Assembly: GCA_963732385.1 (NCBI GenBank)
Contig: CAVSZB010000007.1
Location: 672,001 to 736,000 of the forward strand
Reading direction: 5' to 3'
DNA: 64,000 nucleotides
DNA from: an uncultured bacterium
GTDB taxonomy: Bacteria; Krumholzibacteriota; Krumholzibacteriia; LZORAL124-64-63
Shown: one piece after another, positions 60,814 to 64,000 of the stretch
How positions within the stretch are numbered: position 1 is the stretch's first letter
Layout: every line of letters begins with the position of its first letter
Notes under the pieces: generated by a model
What the model saw: the letters and a program-made list of their open reading frames with translations, nothing else
What the model was told of the DNA's origin: nothing
The model's database searches: none
Position numbers and translations under genes: made by a program

Positions 60814-63690
60814 TCAGGGGGCGCCGAGGAACTCCCTCAACATGGCGCCGGTGTACGAGGCGGGGGCCTTCAGGAGATCGGCGAGACTCCCCTGCGCGAC
60901 GATGCGTCCCCCGCCGCCCCCCCCCTCCGGCCCGATGTCGATCACCCGGTCGGCGCACCGGATGATCTCCGGATGGTGCTCGATGACCACCACGGTGTGC
61001 CCGCGGCCGACCAGCCGCGCCAGCACGTCGAGCAGCCGGTCAACGTCGCAGACGTGCAGGCCGGTGGTCGGCTCGTCGAGGATGTAGAGCGTCCGGCCCT
61101 GTCCGCCGCGCGACAGTTCGCGCGCCAGCTTGAGACGCTGCGCCTCCCCGCCCGACAGTGTCGCGCCCGGCTGTCCGAGGCGCAGGTACCCGAGCCCCAC
61201 GCCGTCGAGCACCTCGAGGATCGCGCGGCAGGCCGGCACCGGTTCGAGCAGGACGCGCGCCGCCTCGACCGGCAGCGCGAGCAGCTCGGCCACGTTCAGC
61301 CCCTTGTAGCGGACCTCCAGGGTCTCGCGGCCGTAGCGGGCGCCGCCGCACTCCTCGCACACCACCTCCACATCGGGCAGGAAATCCATCGTCAGCCGCC
61401 GCACTCCCGCCCCTTCGCACACGGGGCAGCGTCCGCCCGTGGTGTTGAAGCTGAAGTGCCCCGCCCCCCAGCCGCGCATGCGCGCCAGTTCGGTGGCGGC
61501 AAAGAGGGTGCGCACAGGGCTGAACAGTCCGGTGTAGGTGGCGGGGGTGGAGCGCGGGGTGCGCCCGATCGGCGACTGGTCGACCAGCACGACGGAGCGC
61601 AGCTGGTCCTCACCCTCCAGGGAGACGAACGGCTCGGCGCGGGTCCCCGCGCGGTGCAGCCGCCGGGCCAGTTCGAGGTAGAGCGTGTCGTGCACGGCGG
61701 TGCTCTTGCCCGACCCCGATACGCCGGTCACCACGGTCAGCTGTCCGAGCGGGATCTCCAGATCGATCCCCTGCAGATTGCGTCCGGTCAGGCCGCGCAT
61801 CGTGAGCCATCCCGCCGGCGCCGCGCCTGCGCACAGCGGCGTCGCCAGGCGGGGCCGGTCGTCCCCCGCGAGGTAGGCGCCGGTCAGGCTGTCGGGGGTG
61901 GCGGCCACCTCGCGCCAGGTCCCCTGCGCGACGATCCGTCCTCCGTGCTCGCCGGCGCCGGGGCCGAGATCGAGCACATGATCGGCGGCGAGCATGATGT
62001 CGCGGTCGTGCTCCACGACGACCACCGTGTTGCCCCGATCGCGCAGGGCCCGCAGCGTGGCGATGAGCCGCCGGATATCGCGGTGGTGCAGTCCGATGCT
62101 CGGTTCGTCCAGAATGTAGAGGACGCCGGTGAGGCGGGAGCCGACCTGCGTGGCGAGCCGCACCCGTTGCCCCTCGCCGCCCGACAGGGTGGAGGCACCG
62201 CGATCGAGCGACAGGTAGTCCAGCCCCACCTGCGCGAGGAACTGCGCGCGCGACGTCACCTGTTCGAGCACCGGTCCCGCCACGGCGCGCCGCGGCCCGG
62301 GCGGGAACTCCAGGCCGCGCGCCCAGACCAGCAGTTCGTTCACCGGCAGGGCGCCCACCTCGCCGATGTGCAGCCCCCCCACCCGCACCGCCAGCGCTTC
62401 GGGACGCAGCCGGTGCCCGTGGCAGGCGGGACAGGTCTCCTCGGCCATCAGCTTCTCGATGGTGCCGCGCACGCGGTCCGACTTCGTTTCGCGATGGCGC
62501 CGCACCAGTTCGGTCACCAGTCCCGTCCACCCCTGCAAAAACGCCTGATAATGGAGATGGGACTGCAGCCGCTTGTCGAGCGCCGGCGTGAGTCCGTGCA
62601 ACACGACCTGACGGGCCTCGGCCGGCAGGTCCCGCCACGGCGTGTCCAGCCCGCAGCCGAGCGCCCCCGCCAGCGCTTCGATCTGGGTGTAGAGCCAGCC
62701 CGACTCCTTGCCCTTGAGAAAGGCCACTGCGCCGCCCGACAGCGACAGCGCGGGATCGGGCACGAGAGCGTCCCCCCGCACCGTGCGCAGGGAACCCAGG
62801 CCATGACACTCCGGGCAGGAGCCTCGCGGAGAGTTGAAGGAGAACAGCCGCCAGTCCAGTTCGGGAAACGCGCGGGCGCAGCCGGGGCAGGAACTGCGCC
62901 GGCTGTACAATTCGCGCGTCCCCCCTTCACGCTGGACAGTGACCGTGCCGTCGCCCAGCTCCGCGGCGCGGTCGAGCGACGCGCCCAGCCGCGCCTCGAG
63001 GCCTTCACGCACCGTCATCCCGTCCACGACGACCTCGATGTCGTGCCGCTGCGTCGCCGCGAGGGCCGGCACCGCCTCGAGCTCGTGCATCTCGCCGTCG
63101 ATCAGCGCCCGCAGGTGACCCTGCCGCCGCAGATCGTCGAGCAGCTTCTTGTGCGCTCCCTTGCGCCCGCGCACCACCGGCGCCAGGAGCCAGAAGCGGG
63201 TCCCCTCCGGCAGCGCCAGAATGGCGTCGCGGATCTCGGCCAGCGGACGGCTCGCCGCCTCGACGCCGCAGTCGGGGCAGACGACCGTCCCGCAGCGCGC
63301 GTACAGCAGCCGCAGGAAATTGGAGATCTCGGTGATCGTGCCGATGGTCGAGCGCACAGAGGCGCCGAGCCCCTTCTGGTCGATGGCCAGCGCCGGCGAC
63401 AGCCCCTCGATGCGATCCACATCCGGTTTGGGAAGCTGGTCGAGGAACTGGTGCGCGAAACTGGAGAGACTTTCCAGGTAGCGCCGCTGCCCCTCGGCGT
63501 AGAGCGTGTCGAAGGCGAGCGACGACTTGCCCGATCCGCTCGGCCCGGTGATCACGATCAGCCGGCGCCGCGGCAGGACGACATCGATGTTCTTCAGATT
63601 GTGGACGCGGACCCCGCGGGCCGTGATGCGGCCGGCGTCCACGGCGGGGGGCTGATCCTCGTCGTCGTCCCCGTGGGGCAGGGTTGGCAT
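60814..63690 (-). CDS. uvrA: Excinuclease ABC subunit A
   Basis: [29 protein letters not shown], zinc fingers, two LSGGE signatures, DEP motifs. Confidence 0.96.
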   Translation of the reverse strand: MPTLPHGDDDEDQPPAVDAGRITARGVRVHNLKNIDVVLPRRRLIVITGPSGSGKSSLAFDTLYAEGQRRYLESLSSFAHQFLDQLPKPDVDRIEGLSPALAIDQKGLGASVRSTIGTITEISNFLRLLYARCGTVVCPDCGVEAASRPLAEIRDAILALPEGTRFWLLAPVVRGRKGAHKKLLDDLRRQGHLRALIDGEMHELEAVPALAATQRHDIEVVVDGMTVREGLEARLGASLDRAAELGDGTVTVQREGGTRELYSRRSSCPGCARAFPELDWRLFSFNSPRGSCPECHGLGSLRTVRGDALVPDPALSLSGGAVAFLKGKESGWLYTQIEALAGALGCGLDTPWRDLPAEARQVVLHGLTPALDKRLQSHLHYQAFLQGWTGLVTELVRRHRETKSDRVRGTIEKLMAEETCPACHGHRLRPEALAVRVGGLHIGEVGALPVNELLVWARGLEFPPGPRRAVAGPVLEQVTSRAQFLAQVGLDYLSLDRGASTLSGGEGQRVRLATQVGSRLTGVLYILDEPSIGLHHRDIRRLIATLRALRDRGNTVVVVEHDRDIMLAADHVLDLGPGAGEHGGRIVAQGTWREVAATPDSLTGAYLAGDDRPRLATPLCAGAAPAGWLTMRGLTGRNLQGIDLEIPLGQLTVVTGVSGSGKSTAVHDTLYLELARRLHRAGTRAEPFVSLEGEDQLRSVVLVDQSPIGRTPRSTPATYTGLFSPVRTLFAATELARMRGWGAGHFSFNTTGGRCPVCEGAGVRRLTMDFLPDVEVVCEECGGARYGRETLEVRYKGLNVAELLALPVEAARVLLEPVPACRAILEVLDGVGLGYLRLGQPGATLSGGEAQRLKLARELSRGGQGRTLYILDEPTTGLHVCDVDRLLDVLARLVGRGHTVVVIEHHPEIIRCADRVIDIGPEGGGGGGRIVAQGSLADLLKAPASYTGAMLREFLGAP

Positions 63691-64000
63691 GCGCGCTCCC
63701 GGCGGCACGGCGCAACGGACAATCTGCCGCCCCGCCGCCGATGGTGTATGGATAGAGGCCCACGTCGGGCGCGGCAGGACGCGCGCGCCCGCGGACAGAA
63801 CCGCTACACGTACCGCGAAACGCCGGCCCCGTCAATACGGCGGCCGCGCCGCGCGCGGTTGCCCGTGCCTCGCGGCGGCGCCGGCGGCGGGACTCCCGAC
63901 CGCCGATCGTCGCCTCAGTTCTGGCACGACGGTTGCGTTCTCCCCCGCCGCGACCGTGCGACCGCCGCGACTCCCGCGACGGTCGACCCTATTCTGGCGA

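Overview
GC-rich, gene-dense bacterial chromosomal segment. Gene content suggests a non-Bacteroidota member of the FCB superphylum, such as Ca. Krumholzibacteriota or Latescibacterota (inference). Evidence for this: a PorV/PorQ-type barrel, a T9SS-CTD-like cargo protein, GWxTD proteins, a PASTA-only protein, and canonical sigma70 promoters with strong Shine-Dalgarno sites. All but four genes are on the minus strand. Housekeeping blocks are trmD-rimM-khpA-rpsP-ffh, rpe-PASTA-rsmB-fmt-def, yajC-tgt-queA-ruvBAC-yebC, tRNA-Leu(GAG)-secG-pgk, comF-aroE-lgt-rodA-mrdA-mreDCB-radC, aspartokinase, oppBCDF, lipM-gcvPB-PA-H-T and uvrA. No mobile element or CRISPR array was found. Best candidates for undescribed biology: (1) a ~17 kb envelope cluster (TonB-dependent receptor, CTD-bearing cargo, PorV-like barrel, two GWxTD proteins, ExbB/ExbD/ExbD/TonB, TolC plus an orphan ABC ATPase, a PopA-like porin, rhomboid-TPR); (2) an EF-G paralog with altered G3 and G4 motifs (DTPGQ, NRMN); (3) a 55%-lysine histone-H1-like peptide behind a ~240-nt structured leader and a palindromic operator; (4) a four-repeat lipoprotein coupled to a FadL-like barrel. 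Start codons and product calls come from motif recognition by eye, not database searches.
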